From Ginglymostoma cirratum (lineage: Eukaryota), in contig JAHRHZ010000018.1 of assembly GCA_024137785.1 (NCBI GenBank), positions 14,661,607 to 14,725,606 on the forward strand: a DNA stretch of 64,000 nucleotides, written 5' to 3'. The number at the start of each line of letters is the position of its first letter. The first letter of the stretch is position 1. The notes beneath the pieces are model-generated. The model did no database searches and was not told where the DNA came from. It was given only the letters and a program-made list of their open reading frames with translations. Shown in pieces: positions 1-13,500 of this stretch. The translations under genes were made by a program, and so were the position numbers.

Positions 1-478
1 AGAGGGTTCAGAAGAGATTTACCAGCATGTTGCTGGGTACGGAGGGTTCAAGTTAAAAAGAAAGGCTGGGAATTTTCCACTGGAGTGTAGGAGGGTGAGA
101 GGTGACCTTGTAGAGGTTTATAAAATTATGAGGGGTAGATAGGGTAAATGATAGATGTCTTTTCCCTCGTATGGGTGATTTCAAGACTAGGGTGCAGATT
201 TTTGAGGTGAGGGGAAAGAAGTTTAAAAAAAAGACATAAGGGGCAAATTATTTTTCCCACAGAGGGTGATTTGCATGTGGAATGAACTTCCTGAGGAAGT
301 GGTGAACGTGGGCACAGTTACAACGTTCAAAAGACATTTAGATAAGTACATGAATAGGAAAGGTTTGGAGGGATATGGGCCAGAAGCAGGTAGTTGGGAC
401 TAGTTTAGTTTGGGATTTTGTTCAGCATAGTCTGGCTGGATTGAAGGGTCTGTTTCTGTGCTGTATGACTCTGTCTCT
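1..478 (+). mobile_element. CR1-clade LINE, 3' end
   Basis: Degenerate ORF2 C-terminus (RVQKRFT...RGDL.EVYKIMRG) and 3' tail gaagggtctgtttctgtgctgtatgactct shared with other CR1 copies in the window. Confidence 0.85.
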
Positions 479-624
479 GAACGGTTACTGGGCTAATCAC
501 GTGCTTGATTTCTTTACCTCAACTGCTGCTTGGACTGTGTTAACAAACTCATCAGCTTTTATTTATAATTTCTAGCAGCAGTACCATTGAATTAAGAAAA
601 GGAATGGCATTTAAGGTGGAAACT

Positions 625-1000
625 TGGAGAGAAAGAGCGGCTGCAAGGACGAGACAATGAGCGAGTGAGCAATGGATGTGATGAGGGCAAGAGAGAGCGC
701 GTGAACAGTGGAGGTGGTTGTCGGTGGGGGGGGGGGGGGAGAAAAGAGTGAGAGAGAGCGCGAGAGAGAGAGAGAGAGAGCGCGGGGGGGGGGGGGCGGC
801 CACAAACAGCATGGAGGTGAGAGACCACGATGGAGGCAGAACAAGCAATGGAGCAGGTGTAGGCAAGATAGAGACAGCAAGTAATAGAGGACGCAAGAAC
901 ACGCACAACAGGAAACAGGAGAGAAAGACGGAAAAATTGCAAGGGATTGGGAGAAAGAAAGTTGGAGCAAGCATGGGGGCGGGGGTGGTACCGCCTAGCA
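625..1000. repeat. Purine-rich low-complexity tract with (GA)n and two poly-G runs
   Basis: Poly-G at about 726-739 and 784-796, (GA)n at about 750-780. Confidence 0.8.
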
Positions 1001-1325
1001 AAAGAAGTTCTAGAGAAGATGCAAGATAAAGTATTTAAAATGTGAATGTTGAGGGAGGAAAAAAAAAGGCATTAAATGATGGTTAAAAGGCCTCCATGGA
1101 GCAGGAATGTTGAGAGTTGGCATTTTTAAATCATGACATGCCAAAAACCAGTGACCTTGAGCAGGAGAAGGCGTGTGATATGGGTGCATCTATACACATC
1201 TCCATACAATCGCCGCATCAGAACTAGTTTTTATTGCAACATTTCAAACACTCTCATACAAATGCTTAGTACAGAAGAACATAGGATTACAGTTTGAGTA
1301 AACATTTCAGTTTCTTGCTTCCTAC

Positions 1326-1509
1326 CTGCCAAGATATCCTGAATCATGCAGGTCAAAGAATATTGGGCCCATGCTCCACCCCAGGAGATGTCTCCCCTAT
1401 TGAAGTCTGTTCCCACCAGTAGAAGGAGAAGTCTTTCAAGCTGCTGCTCATTAACAATTTCACAAAGATGAATTGTTGGCCTTGTAGCATTTGCTATACG
1501 TGCCAAAAC
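1326..1509 (-). CDS. BIRC6: BIRC6 exon (184 nt)
   Basis: [21 protein letters not shown]...[20 protein letters not shown], donor G|gtagga. Confidence 0.94.
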
Positions 1510-4500
1510 CTGCCAAGAAAGTCAAGAAGTTTACTTGTTGCCACCGCTCCAGCCCACAACAAAGTCCATCCACACATGACAAGTACATTACTTCAGATTT
1601 TTTTTCTTAACAAGTTGAGTCTTGAATCAAAGAAGTGAAATCACTTAAACTAGTAAAGTGCTTACGAAGAACAACTTATTTGAAAGCAGTGACTGGCTCT
1701 GCTGCTCTTCAGTTCTTTGCCCCAGCCCTTAGAGAGAGATTTTGCCAGATAAAGAGAAAATAAATCATACTAGACTTATAAACAACTTACTGATTTTTAA
1801 AATTTGATGATTCGGCCTTCCCTCTGTTGATCTACTAAAGCCAGCTTAACTTAATAGAACTCAAAGTACTGCTGTTTCTTTTTCTAAAAGATCATATACA
1901 CCACATGTCAGACAGAGGGGAAAAAGAAGATATGGGAGAGGCAGGGCTGATAAGACTGCGAGGAGAGGCCAGAGGATGGGGCAAATATAGTCCACAAATA
2001 GGAAAAAAAGAGCAACAAAAGAACATGGAGATGAGCAAGAGCCTGCAGAGGGATGGGAAGTAAACAATTTTAAATCTTTCAATAAACAAGTAGTGTACTG
2101 AACGATACGACTATCGCAACGAACACTGTCAATTTGATAATTTAAGACAGTAAAGGTAAAATCGCCATAGTCCCAGATGCCCATAGGGTTGTTCTCTCAT
2201 TAGAGAGAGACGACTGATGGTGGTTTAACCTGAGGGTCACCACACCTCAGGCAAGAAAAGAGATCAAGATGTAGAGTCCTTCATGGTAGCCTCAGCTGAT
2301 GTGCAAAGTGAACCCACACTGCTGGTATCACTCTACGTGAAAACCAGCCGTCCAGCCAACTGAGCTAACTGACTCCCTTTTAAGGCTTAGTGTTTGTTTA
2401 TATTTTAACTGTTAGAGACAAACATGCAACCAATTGCTAAGCAGCATCATTTATCTACAAATCTATTTATAAATTATACATTATAATATAATTTCTGAAG
2501 AAGGGTCCTGACCCGAAACGTCAACTTTCCTGCTGTGTTCATCCAGCTCCACAACGTTTTATCTCTATCTATAATGGCTGTCTGCATTCAGATGTGTATC
2601 AGATATTTATTTTTAGAAGTATTTGGTGTGAATATACGCTTGTTATCTTGTGCCACTTTAAATACTGAGAGATCTGAAATGAATGTTTTCCCTTTGTATT
2701 TAAATTTAATGAAGCAATGATGATTATTGGGTGCAAGTCTAACACATTAGCATAAATACAGAATGTAATTTTACTTTGAGCCGGTGGTGGGAGACAAGAG
2801 AAGACAGAGGGAATTTGACCATTGCCACAAAATAAAGATCACTGAGCAGAAACTCGTCATTTTTTCCTTCTTAGCAGATTAAAAGTGAAAATAGAGAATG
2901 TCGCCCACACAGTCATAGAAGTTCACATTTAAATGTGAATTTTCAAATATCAAGTACATCGATCTCAGATGTGCTTTTTACACAGATGTTTTTCATTATG
3001 CCAAATACGTATATTAGCATAACTTGAACATCACACAAATACTTAGGCAAATGTTTCCTATACCAACTCAATGTTGTCTCAGTTCTTGTACTACTTTGGG
3101 TTGCAGGAATGAATAAAAAGATTGTCGATTAAAGAAAACAAATTATAGTCTGTGGATTGCCTTCTTTGCAGTTGGAGCTTAAAGCCTTAAAATTGCTTAA
3201 CTGAAAGAGGTTTTTGGCAAAACCGTTATTAGCATTTTTTAAAAATCATTCAAAAATTTAAAATTGCGAAGAAACTGAGCAACAGGAATGGTGAAACCAT
3301 GTTTAAAAGGGGGAATGGACAAAGCCAGAGGCAGGTAACAGCTAGCGTCAAGACAATTTAGGAAAATGGCTCAGATAATAAACAGAGCCAGAAGAAACTG
3401 TGGGAGGGTTGTTTGAAGAATGGGTACATGTGGCAATTTGAGTTAAACTGTTTGGGGGAAGAAACAGAATTGAAAAAAAAAATTCAAACTTTTAAATTCC
3501 CTGGGGATTGGCAAATAGATGTTATCCAAAACATTAGAAAAGGTACGAAGAAAGAACAGGTAAATGGTAAGAAAAAAAGCCTCTGACAGAGCAAACAGTT
3601 AGAAGTAGGGCACAATGGGCCAAAGGGGACTCCTTCTATGTAGGTATTTCTAAGATGCTATCGCAATTTACCGAGAATATTTCCCACATTCAAATGTGCA
3701 AAATATTATCATTTGCCTAGAATTCCTCAAACATAAAAGGCTCCAACCAAAACAATGATTCTCATCACCAAAGGGGCAGCACCTAAATTGGGTCTACAAA
3801 TATAGTGACTACATCTTTTTCTAGGCAAAAATAACCTCCCTTCTAAAGTCTATTTTACTCTCGAGTTTTCCCCAATACAGTAGAGAGAAATCACCTCTTC
3901 CAATCAAATTCCACAATGAAACTTCAATTTCAGAAGTGTCTATTTTGAAATTCCACAACCTTTCAACAGAATCCTAATATAGTTGAAACGTTATTGTCTT
4001 TCATAAATCTCAGTGACTGACCAACGCCTGTGACTTCTCCTCGATTCCAGAAACTGTTTAAAGAGATTGTTTTAAACGCTTGACAACTGCGGGGACACAC
4101 ACTCAAATTCTCTCTCACTTCCATGAAAAGCCTTCTCTGGACAAAGTTGTTATAACGCCACCAGTAGAATCTTGTTTCCCTGGAGTCTATTTAACTAATC
4201 ATCCAACTAGGCCTCAGGGGGCCCCAACTCACTCAGGATGTTGCATAAGCTTTCTGAAATCCAAGTTTTCAGTATTACTCGAGACCACACCACCTAGCCC
4301 AAGCTGATATATTAACATCAAATGATAGCATCAGCACTGGGAAAACAATACCCTTATATTTTAAAATGCCACATTATATCTACCATTTTATTTAAGTTAG
4401 GCCAATATTCACCATTTCTATGAAACACTTGGATTTTTATAGAACAGTTATTAGATTTCCTCTTATATTTAGCGTCTGCTACATTTTAGCTTTTTTCATC

Positions 4501-7500
4501 AGATTGTTTGGTTTCAAGTCAGCAAAACTTGAGAAAGTTTAAGTTCCAAACAAAGCTAATGGAAACAGGAGTTTATTTCATCAGAAAAGAAAGGTGGAGA
4601 GATGTTTAAGATTAGTTTTTGTTTTCGATCAAGGTAAAACTTACTCCACTAGGCAGTAAATTGATAACTCGAGGGCACAGGGCAAAGAACCAAGGAAGAG
4701 TTCAGGAGAATGTTTTAAATGTAGAGGAGAACAAGAAGGAAAATGATAAACATCTGAAAAAAGAAAAATCGAGAAAAATGGGACTAAATGATCAACTCTT
4801 TTGAGACAATTAATCAAATGGACTCCTGTGTGTAAAGTATCATAATCTGTTTTATTCTGATTACTTTTAAGTGCTACTATTAGCTTTTATAGCAAAGTGC
4901 AGGTTTTAAACTTACCTTTGAGGGAGGTGCGGTAAACTGTAGGTTTGAGAGAGTTCATGAAGCATAAATTAATGGAATACCAGTTCTTAGCTATACTCCA
5001 GACGCATTTCTTTAGTAATCCTCATTGTTTACTCACCTTGCAGACAAAGAGCAGTAAATCTGCGTGACAGGTAAAATCCATGGAAAGGAGGAAAAGTGCA
5101 AGCTTCTGAACCACAGCAATGCAGCGATCATGGGACAAAGTAAATGGAAGGGGTTCCACTTCTGGGGAGTCTTTTGTTGAAGACGATTCTGAATCTAAAG
5201 TAGTGCGAGGCCACTCTGCAGTCCGGCGCAAACGAATTAGGTCTTTGAAATGCTAGTAAGGGGTTGAAATTAAGATGAAATTTAATAAACTTTTCAATTA
5301 AATCCATGTTACTGAATTTACATGCAACTGAGGTTATAGAAATACAAGACAAAAAATCTGAACTTTTCTGCATTGAGAAAGATGAAGAGGAAGGGGTACA
5401 ATTTCCACAATAAATTAGCAATTAAAAGAGCCTGAGCAACATCTTAGTTAGTAGAAGACCCATTGGTAAAGCAAAGTTCTAGCTGTATAAATAATAAAAT
5501 GAAAAGTTCAATTTTCTCTCATCCTTTTTCTTCTCTCCTAATCCCATATCCATAGTCCCATTCCCATTAAATTGCTCTTAATCCAAATTTTCTTACTGGC
5601 GCACAGAAAAAAAACAATACCTTAACTGGTTTCCTCACCTCAGATATTCCCCTACTCCAATCTCACACTTCAAGAACTCATTCTTGAACCTTCTGCCCTT
5701 GTACGTCAGTTCCCTATCCTCTTCAAGAGCCCTGAACACTTACTGTACACACTTTCCTTCTTAAAGCATTCAGTGCTCATCCTTCCTTGAATTCCACGTT
5801 TGAACTTCTTCAGTCAGATTTCCGCTTGTGATAGCACTGAAATAGCCCTAACCAAAGTTACACCCAAAATGACTACTGCACTATCCATCCTTGTCCTTAC
5901 TGTAGACTTCCCACACAGTCAAACACATCATTCTCTCCACTGTCTCGTCGCTGTCCAATTCAGGTGAACTGCCTAGTTATTCGAAATCACCCTCACTTTT
6001 TTGAATTTTAGCCAGATTAGAATTACCTTCAGAGCTTCCGAATGATCGAACCTGATCCCTTCACCTCTTGCTCACTGCACGCCAATTCTTGGCAATGCCG
6101 CTCACACCCATGGGCTAGCAGCGACTTGGACTCTCCTGTCACCCAGTTTTTTTCTGTCTACTATCACTCTTGAACTACTGAAATATTTGTCAGATATCCA
6201 GACTTGAATGAGTTAGAATTAAAACATTGTGAAGACTAAAGCCATCACCTTCAGCCCATGCCACAAATTCCACGCTCTTGCTGACTCCATGTATTTCCTT
6301 TACCAAGTCAAGCTAAAACAGAATTTTAGCAACCTCGGGGTCCAATTCAATCCCATTACTCTCTCTATCACTTCACCATTCCACCCCTACCATTGCCATG
6401 AGTCAATCTCCTAAGGTCACCCCCAAGCTCGACAACAATCACCTCCAAACTCAATAACAGCCTGCTTCCCAACCTCATCCCACCATTCACATTCCTTCAC
6501 ATCAAATCCCACTCAAGTGATCATCCCTTGTTGAGCTACATTAGCCAACATCCTCCCGGCATCTAAAATGCAAAATTCTCTTCCTTGTGTGAGATTCCCT
6601 TTCTTGGGCTCAGACCTCCAAACTACTAGCTCTCAAATCACACAACAATCCTCTTCTTGAGTTCTCTACTCCTCTAACTCAGACATCTTGTGCATCCTCT
6701 ACCCCACAATTGGCTGTTGCGCCATTAGCAGACTGGACCTTGGACTCTGGAATACTATCGCTAAAAATTAACCTCACCCCAACTCTCTGCTACTTAAAAC
6801 AGAACTCTCTGACAAGGCTTTGATTCACTTTACCTAACACGGCTTTCCTTTGGCTCATCTTCCTTCTTTTTGGATTACACTTCTATAAACCACATGTGCA
6901 CGGTTTTTGTGCTATATAAAATGCAACCTGTTGCAAAAATAAATTGTCCTGTGCTGGACCAACAATACAGCAACCATTTTAAACACTTAAGCTATAGAAC
7001 AAAACAGACGTCATACCTTTGACGTAGCTTGCTTTAGCTTTGCCTGTTCTACCAAAAGTTTATATGAAGATCCTTTGCTGCTCTGGATCTTCTCTTTTTC
7101 TATTTGCTCAACTAATGCCTTTTGTTTTGCTTTTAACAAATTGAGTTGCTGCAAAAAAGGTTAAGTCAAAAGTCAGTTTGATGTGCACACACACCCCAAG
7201 ACACACAAACCACTGATCAGTTTTTAATTTAAAGCTTAAATGTATTCTAAACTTTCTCCCATCTCTTCCCCTCCGAGGTTGCTCCTCTGACATTTATTTT
7301 ATCCCATTAACACACACTAAAACTTGGCAAGTACTTACAGGCAATCTTCTCAAAGATTTCTGCAAATGCATCTCTTGATGCAGCCATAAGCATGCCTGTA
7401 ATGACTATTCTACTGACTGTCCCTCCCTGGGAATGAGTATCTGATTACCAGCCAGTGAAAATCAGGGACTCACATGGGCAGAAACAGGTGAAAAACCATA

Positions 7501-10500
7501 TCCAAACACTTGGCACAACACATCAGAGGTACCCATTTGAAATAAGTCTGATTACATTTTTATTTCACAGCCCAACCTGAAAAAGACCAACCTTCTTAAG
7601 CAAACATTTTCCTAAATCACACTAACTGGCAGAAAAATACTTTCTTTCTCCCAAGTACAGCAAATTTAAAGTGACCCCATATATCATCTACGTATGCTGC
7701 AATTGGTGCCTCAGCAATTTTGATTTTGAGAACCAAAAAATACTATGACAGCTTTAACACTTGCCAAAGTACTAGATTACTAAGCAGAGCACAAAATTTA
7801 AACAAAGTTCACATACAGACAACTGATTAAGTAATACCTGCTTATGGTGTATGAGTTGCTTTCGAATTTTTCTTGAATATAATCGGTCAAGACTGCTGCT
7901 GCCTTTGGTAGTTTTGCCTGAACCCTGTGACTGAAGATTGTTATTGATGAAGCTCCACTGGTTTCCTAGAACGGATAAGAAACTCCAGAACTTTAATACA
8001 CTCTAAAGCCAAGCAAAGTTTACCTCAGAATTCAAAACATTCAAGATTGGGCTAAATTGCATTATTCCATCTGATCTACTGGCACAATGCATTTATACAC
8101 TGCTTCTGCACTGCACCGCACCACAGAAGGACACAAAAATACTGCTTTGTCCTAACAATAACTACCATAAGCTTTTTATTACAGCTGCACAGAGGCAAAC
8201 CAATCTGCAGTGTGTAATTAACTGACTATTCAAAATACCAGTAAATGCAATGCAGATCATTTGGCTGTAAGTTTTCAGCAGACAGGAGAATCTCAGAAAG
8301 CAGGATAAACTGAGCAAACTGAATGGGGAAATTAAATTTACTGCAATTTTGTTACGACATATACCTGTCAGCATCCGTTCTCTGTCTTTACCGTTTAATG
8401 GCTTTTTGGCCGCAGCCACTTCATCTTCAACGCTTGCAACGTAGTCCAACAGCCGAGATACAAGCATTACAACCCAACTGACCATTGGGATGTCCAGCAC
8501 ACCTAGAAAGTTGAAAATAAAAGGAAATAAATGAGGCGTAGTAAGACACTAAATTTTCCTACACTTGAAAAGGCCTGAAAGCAAAATAATTGTCAAATGT
8601 TCTAATCTGAAGAGTACATATTAGGTTTCAGTCCAAGGTTTGACTAGAATCAGATTTTTAACCAAAAGGAATGCTTATGCAGAATATTACATGACTAACT
8701 AAACTGCAACAGGATTCATGATATTCACTGGGTCAAAATTCTGGAATTTCCTCTGATTACCATCAAGACAATGACTGGAGTGTTTTAAGGAGGCAGTTAA
8801 CCAGCATGGTTTTCCCAAGGAACTTGGGGATAGGCAACTATACAAGTGGCCAATAAGTACATTTTAAAACAAATTTTAAAATCCTTGTTAAGCAGTGGTT
8901 TTATGTAGACAAACAATTAAAAACTGACCCAAAAAAGAAACTTCACTACAAGATATTCTTGCAAATGACACATTCTGTTCAAAAATGAAATATTTCAAGG
9001 CTTATGAAAATATAACTATATGCCTACCCTCTGTACGTCTGTATGTTGCGATTTGTGGTTGCAGAGATGATAATAAGTTATCCAAAAGGTTCAGCAGGCC
9101 TTCTAAGACCCCACTGTTACTCAGCGATCGCTGACCAAAGCAGGAAAGTAACATGAAAACCCTAGAACAAAAAGGTAGGAATGAAAAGCATCAATTATAA
9201 GCTCACAGAAGTAGCAAATATGAGCTAAATAATTTCTTGGTTTGGCATATATCAAAAGGACTGTTTTGAAGAAGCATAAATTATTTAAGTAGCTAGGATT
9301 TTCAACAAGTCTTTACACGGTTCAAATATTAGGACTGAAGAAAAATGCTTTTTTTAATGAGCATGGAATGCTTTAAAGAAATTAAGTTTATGTAAGGTTT
9401 TATGTAATTGTAATTATTTCATTCAAATTTACATTTATGTGCTATACAGTAGACATGGTGATGTTTGAACCGTGTACCCACCTGTCCTGTGGGAAGATGA
9501 GATGTTGTTCAGAGTTGTAAAGTTCTTGTAAAACATTGGACAGGAATTGCCCCCACCACCTCTCACCACCACAAAGCTGCACAAGCAACAGTCCAGCATG
9601 CAATCGGATTTTTGGGGTACCACTGATACACAAATGTTTGAATAGTTCTTCACAGGCCTGTGCATGGAATGTGCTTTGAAGAACTGCTGGCACAGCATGA
9701 CCTGCAAGTATTTTAAAAATGCATAAATATACCATTAACGAAAAGATAATGAATATTGGCACAACCAACTTCATACAATACATCTAAGTTTATTTCCATC
9801 ACTACAGGCATTTTATAGAGCAATATTATCTGGATTTTTTTTAAAAAAGATGGATGAAGGGCAGTAAGTAACAGGTTACTTAAAATTACTCATGAAATGT
9901 CAAAAATTATTTGTTTCTACTGTCACATTCATACAGTCACAGAGTCATACAACATGGAAATAGACCCTTTGGTCCAACTAGTCCACGCCGATCAAATGCC
10001 AATTAAACTAGTCCCACCTGCTTCCACTTGAGCCATATCTGTCCAAACCTTTTCCACCCATGGGTTTATCCAAATGTCTTTGAAACAATGCAACTGTACC
10101 TGCATCCACCACTTCCTCTGGCAGTTCACTCCACAGACCAATCACTGTTAAAAAAAAGTCCCTCATTTCCGTTAAAAGTCTTTCTCCTCTCAACTTAAAA
10201 ATACACCCCCTAGTTTTGAACTGCCCCACCTTAGGGAAAAGGCCTTTGCTGTTCACCTTATCTATGGTTTTATAAACCTCTATAATGTCACCTCTCAACC
10301 TCCTACGCTCCAGGGAGAAAGGTCCCAGCCTACCCAGTCTATTTTTGTAACTTAAACCCTCCATTCCCGGTAACATCCTGATAAATCTTATCTGAATGCT
10401 CTCCAGTTTAATAATATCTTTCCTATAACAGAGCAACAGACCGCACACAGTACTCCAGAAGAGGCCTCACCAACATTCTGTACAACCTCAACACGGCATC

Positions 10501-13500
10501 CCAACTCCAATACTCAAAAAGGTATAGGCAATGAAGGCAGGCTTTCTAAACGCCTTCTTAACCACCTTATCTACCTGTGACCTAAACCCTTTGGTCTCTC
10601 TGTTCTCTAATACTATCCTGGGTCCAGCTATTAATCATACAAGTCTGGCCCTTGTTTGTTTTACCAAAATGGAATATCTCACATTTACCCAAATTTAACT
10701 CAGCCATTCCTCAGTCCATTGGCCCAAGTGATCAAGATTTCTTTGTAACCCTAGATAACTCAAAGTGGGAACTCATTAGAATTTGCAGCCTGCTTTGGAA
10801 TAAATTGAATCAAAAAATGAATCAGCACTTGGCTCAAATATCCAAACTGGCCATTAACTTATTAAAATCTTTTAACAGCCATTTCAAAATACATATCAAA
10901 CAAACACTATCACAACACTGTTCTCCAATGGTCACTTCTTTGGCAAAGCAATAATTAACTTAATAAGGAATTCCCCAAAACAGCCAGGAAGATACCAATT
11001 CTATTGTTCTCACTTTGATTTTCTTTGAAATTTACTGCACTATTTTTCAGACAGACAAACCACTAAGAATATTACTGGATGCCTTGGGAGCTGATAATAA
11101 TTTGCATTTCTACAGAAAATCTCTTAACATGCAATACATTCAATCTCTCACATTGGTTGGAATCTTTCATTGCCATCAGATGCATCCCTTACTTATTCAA
11201 AGATGGAAACACACTTGACCTAACTCTTCAGAGCAAGGCCCAATGAATTGCCCTACAATCAGGCAGCTTGGAGGGCAGTGATGGGCCCTTCTCTGAAAAT
11301 AAGTTCCCAGGTGTGATTTCGTTTGGAGGGCTGGGGTTGCAGAGAGAGGGGAGCAGGGGAGTCAGGAGCAAAGGCGAGGAACTGATTCTCAGCAGTCACC
11401 TCTTCTGCCTTACATTTAGTCCTTTGATTGTGGAAAAGTGCTGCAGATCAAGGGACGCTCCAAACCCTGCAACTAAGCCTGCCTGCGCTGGTAGGCTGAG
11501 TTTTCTCTGCCCCACCAGCAGGTGATTTAGCAGCATTACCAATTTATGTCTCTGCCGAGTTCTCCAATGTTCACTCATTTCAGTTTTCTCCCACGCTGCT
11601 AAATCTTAGTAAAGTATGGTCTTTTTTAAATAGTGAAATTTAGAGTGTAATGCAGCACCCACAGAAAATCTGTAAATCTGTTTCAACTTGAACATTTTTC
11701 CAATCCTAACATGGGATGTAGACATTGGTGATGAGGACAGCATTTGTTATCCATCCCTAATTCCCAGAGGACAGTTAAAAATTAATCTGCATGGTGGATT
11801 CAGACTCGAGTCCCCAGAATGAGAGCCTGGGATCCTGTATTACTAGTTCAGCAATGCTACCAGTATATCATTGCTTCCTCAAAGGAAGGGATGAGAGTTA
11901 AAAGTTTGTCAGGATCCAACATCATGTATATTGTTCTGCTGCCCAGTTTTGCAATACAGCACTCCCATGAGAGATCATTCACTGCACATTAAGTTGGAGG
12001 ACAACCAGATTTGTGTCAGGCACACTACTTCCATGATTACCACCTACCCTCAACTAGGTTCTGCACACACTCATCATAAAGATACAGTGGCATCTTTAGT
12101 GAATTAACATTTTGGTAAAATCACATGATTTCTTGAATTTATCAATGCACTAGAGTTCTCCGAAACACCCAATATGGTTGGCTTTTCCTGAACAAACTCT
12201 CTGGTGTGAACTTTGGAATTACCGTATCATCTCCAACCTTTCCGTCATCCAGATTCAGTCATAGTCAAACATTTCTCAACAGTTTTTAATCTGGAAAAGG
12301 ATAAATGGCCACAATTGTTTCTAAAAATCATTCATGGGATGAGGGCATCACGAGCAAAGCCAGAATATGTTGCCTGTCCTAACTGCCCTTGCGAAGACTG
12401 AAGGTAAATGATATTTCTGGGATCTGGAGGCACATGGTATACCTGACCAGGCAAGGACAACAGATTTTGTTTCCTAAAGAACATCAGTACTCTAGATGGG
12501 TTTTTATAACAATCATGTTTTGTGGTTACCATTGCTGAGACTAGATTTCAACTCCAGACCTTTTTAGAAATGAATGTAAATCCACCAACTACCATGGTGT
12601 AATTTGAACTTGCGTCTCCACAGCAGTCAGTTGTGTCCTGGATTAACAGTAACATTACAAACTATTTGGAGGCACACACATTTTGCGCGCTGATGGAGAC
12701 AAAATTATAAAATGGCTATGATTATAAACAGGGGTTGTATTCTCTATGCACTCCATTTTAATGCCACAAAAATTTGGCAAACACTAAATTACATTGTGGT
12801 GTGCCACCTTTCTGAAGCATCAACAATTTACAAAAGGCTAATCTCACCATGGCTACACACATCTATGTCATCCTACAAAATGTCTTAAGGGTGCCAACAT
12901 TTCAAAGTTCAAAGTTCAGACAACATTACAAAGCAGCTTTTAACAAGCTCATAACAAAACTGAAACCAATACTTGCAGGTGAAAGTGGAATAGTGCAAAG
13001 GGTTCTTTCAATGCAAAGGGTTTTAAGTGATGACGACATTTGCTTTGCCGGACCATCTGAATAGGCAAACAATTTACATTTGATGAGAATCACATGATCA
13101 ATGTCATCTAAGATTTGTGTACATTATATCTTTCCAACATTCCAAACGCCTCACTACTTCTGCCTTCCTAGTATCCAAGTATTGAATGGCACTTAACCCA
13201 CTGATATAGTCACGGAAAACAACGGTTGCACACTCCCCGATAGTCGTTTAGTTCAACACAATATATTTTACAGGAGCACTTCCAAAAGTGAAAGGAAAAG
13301 AGACACCAACCACTGGACGAATGTAAAAGGCTCAGCAATGTGTCCAGAAGGTATCGGATGATTGTGCGCAGTTGCTCTGTAGAAGAATTCTGTATCAATT
13401 CTGTTGAGTCGTATGTTTCTGGCAGGGTTTTCCTGCTGGATCCAAGAGCCACCCTAAGGCGTTGCACAGCGTGATGGGCCAAGTTGAGCTGAAGCTGCAA

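Noticed and set aside
552-1029. Four overlapping ORFs of 103-149 aa
   Set aside because: They arise from GA/poly-G low complexity (SLSLSL, RERERE, PPPP) with no domain signal.
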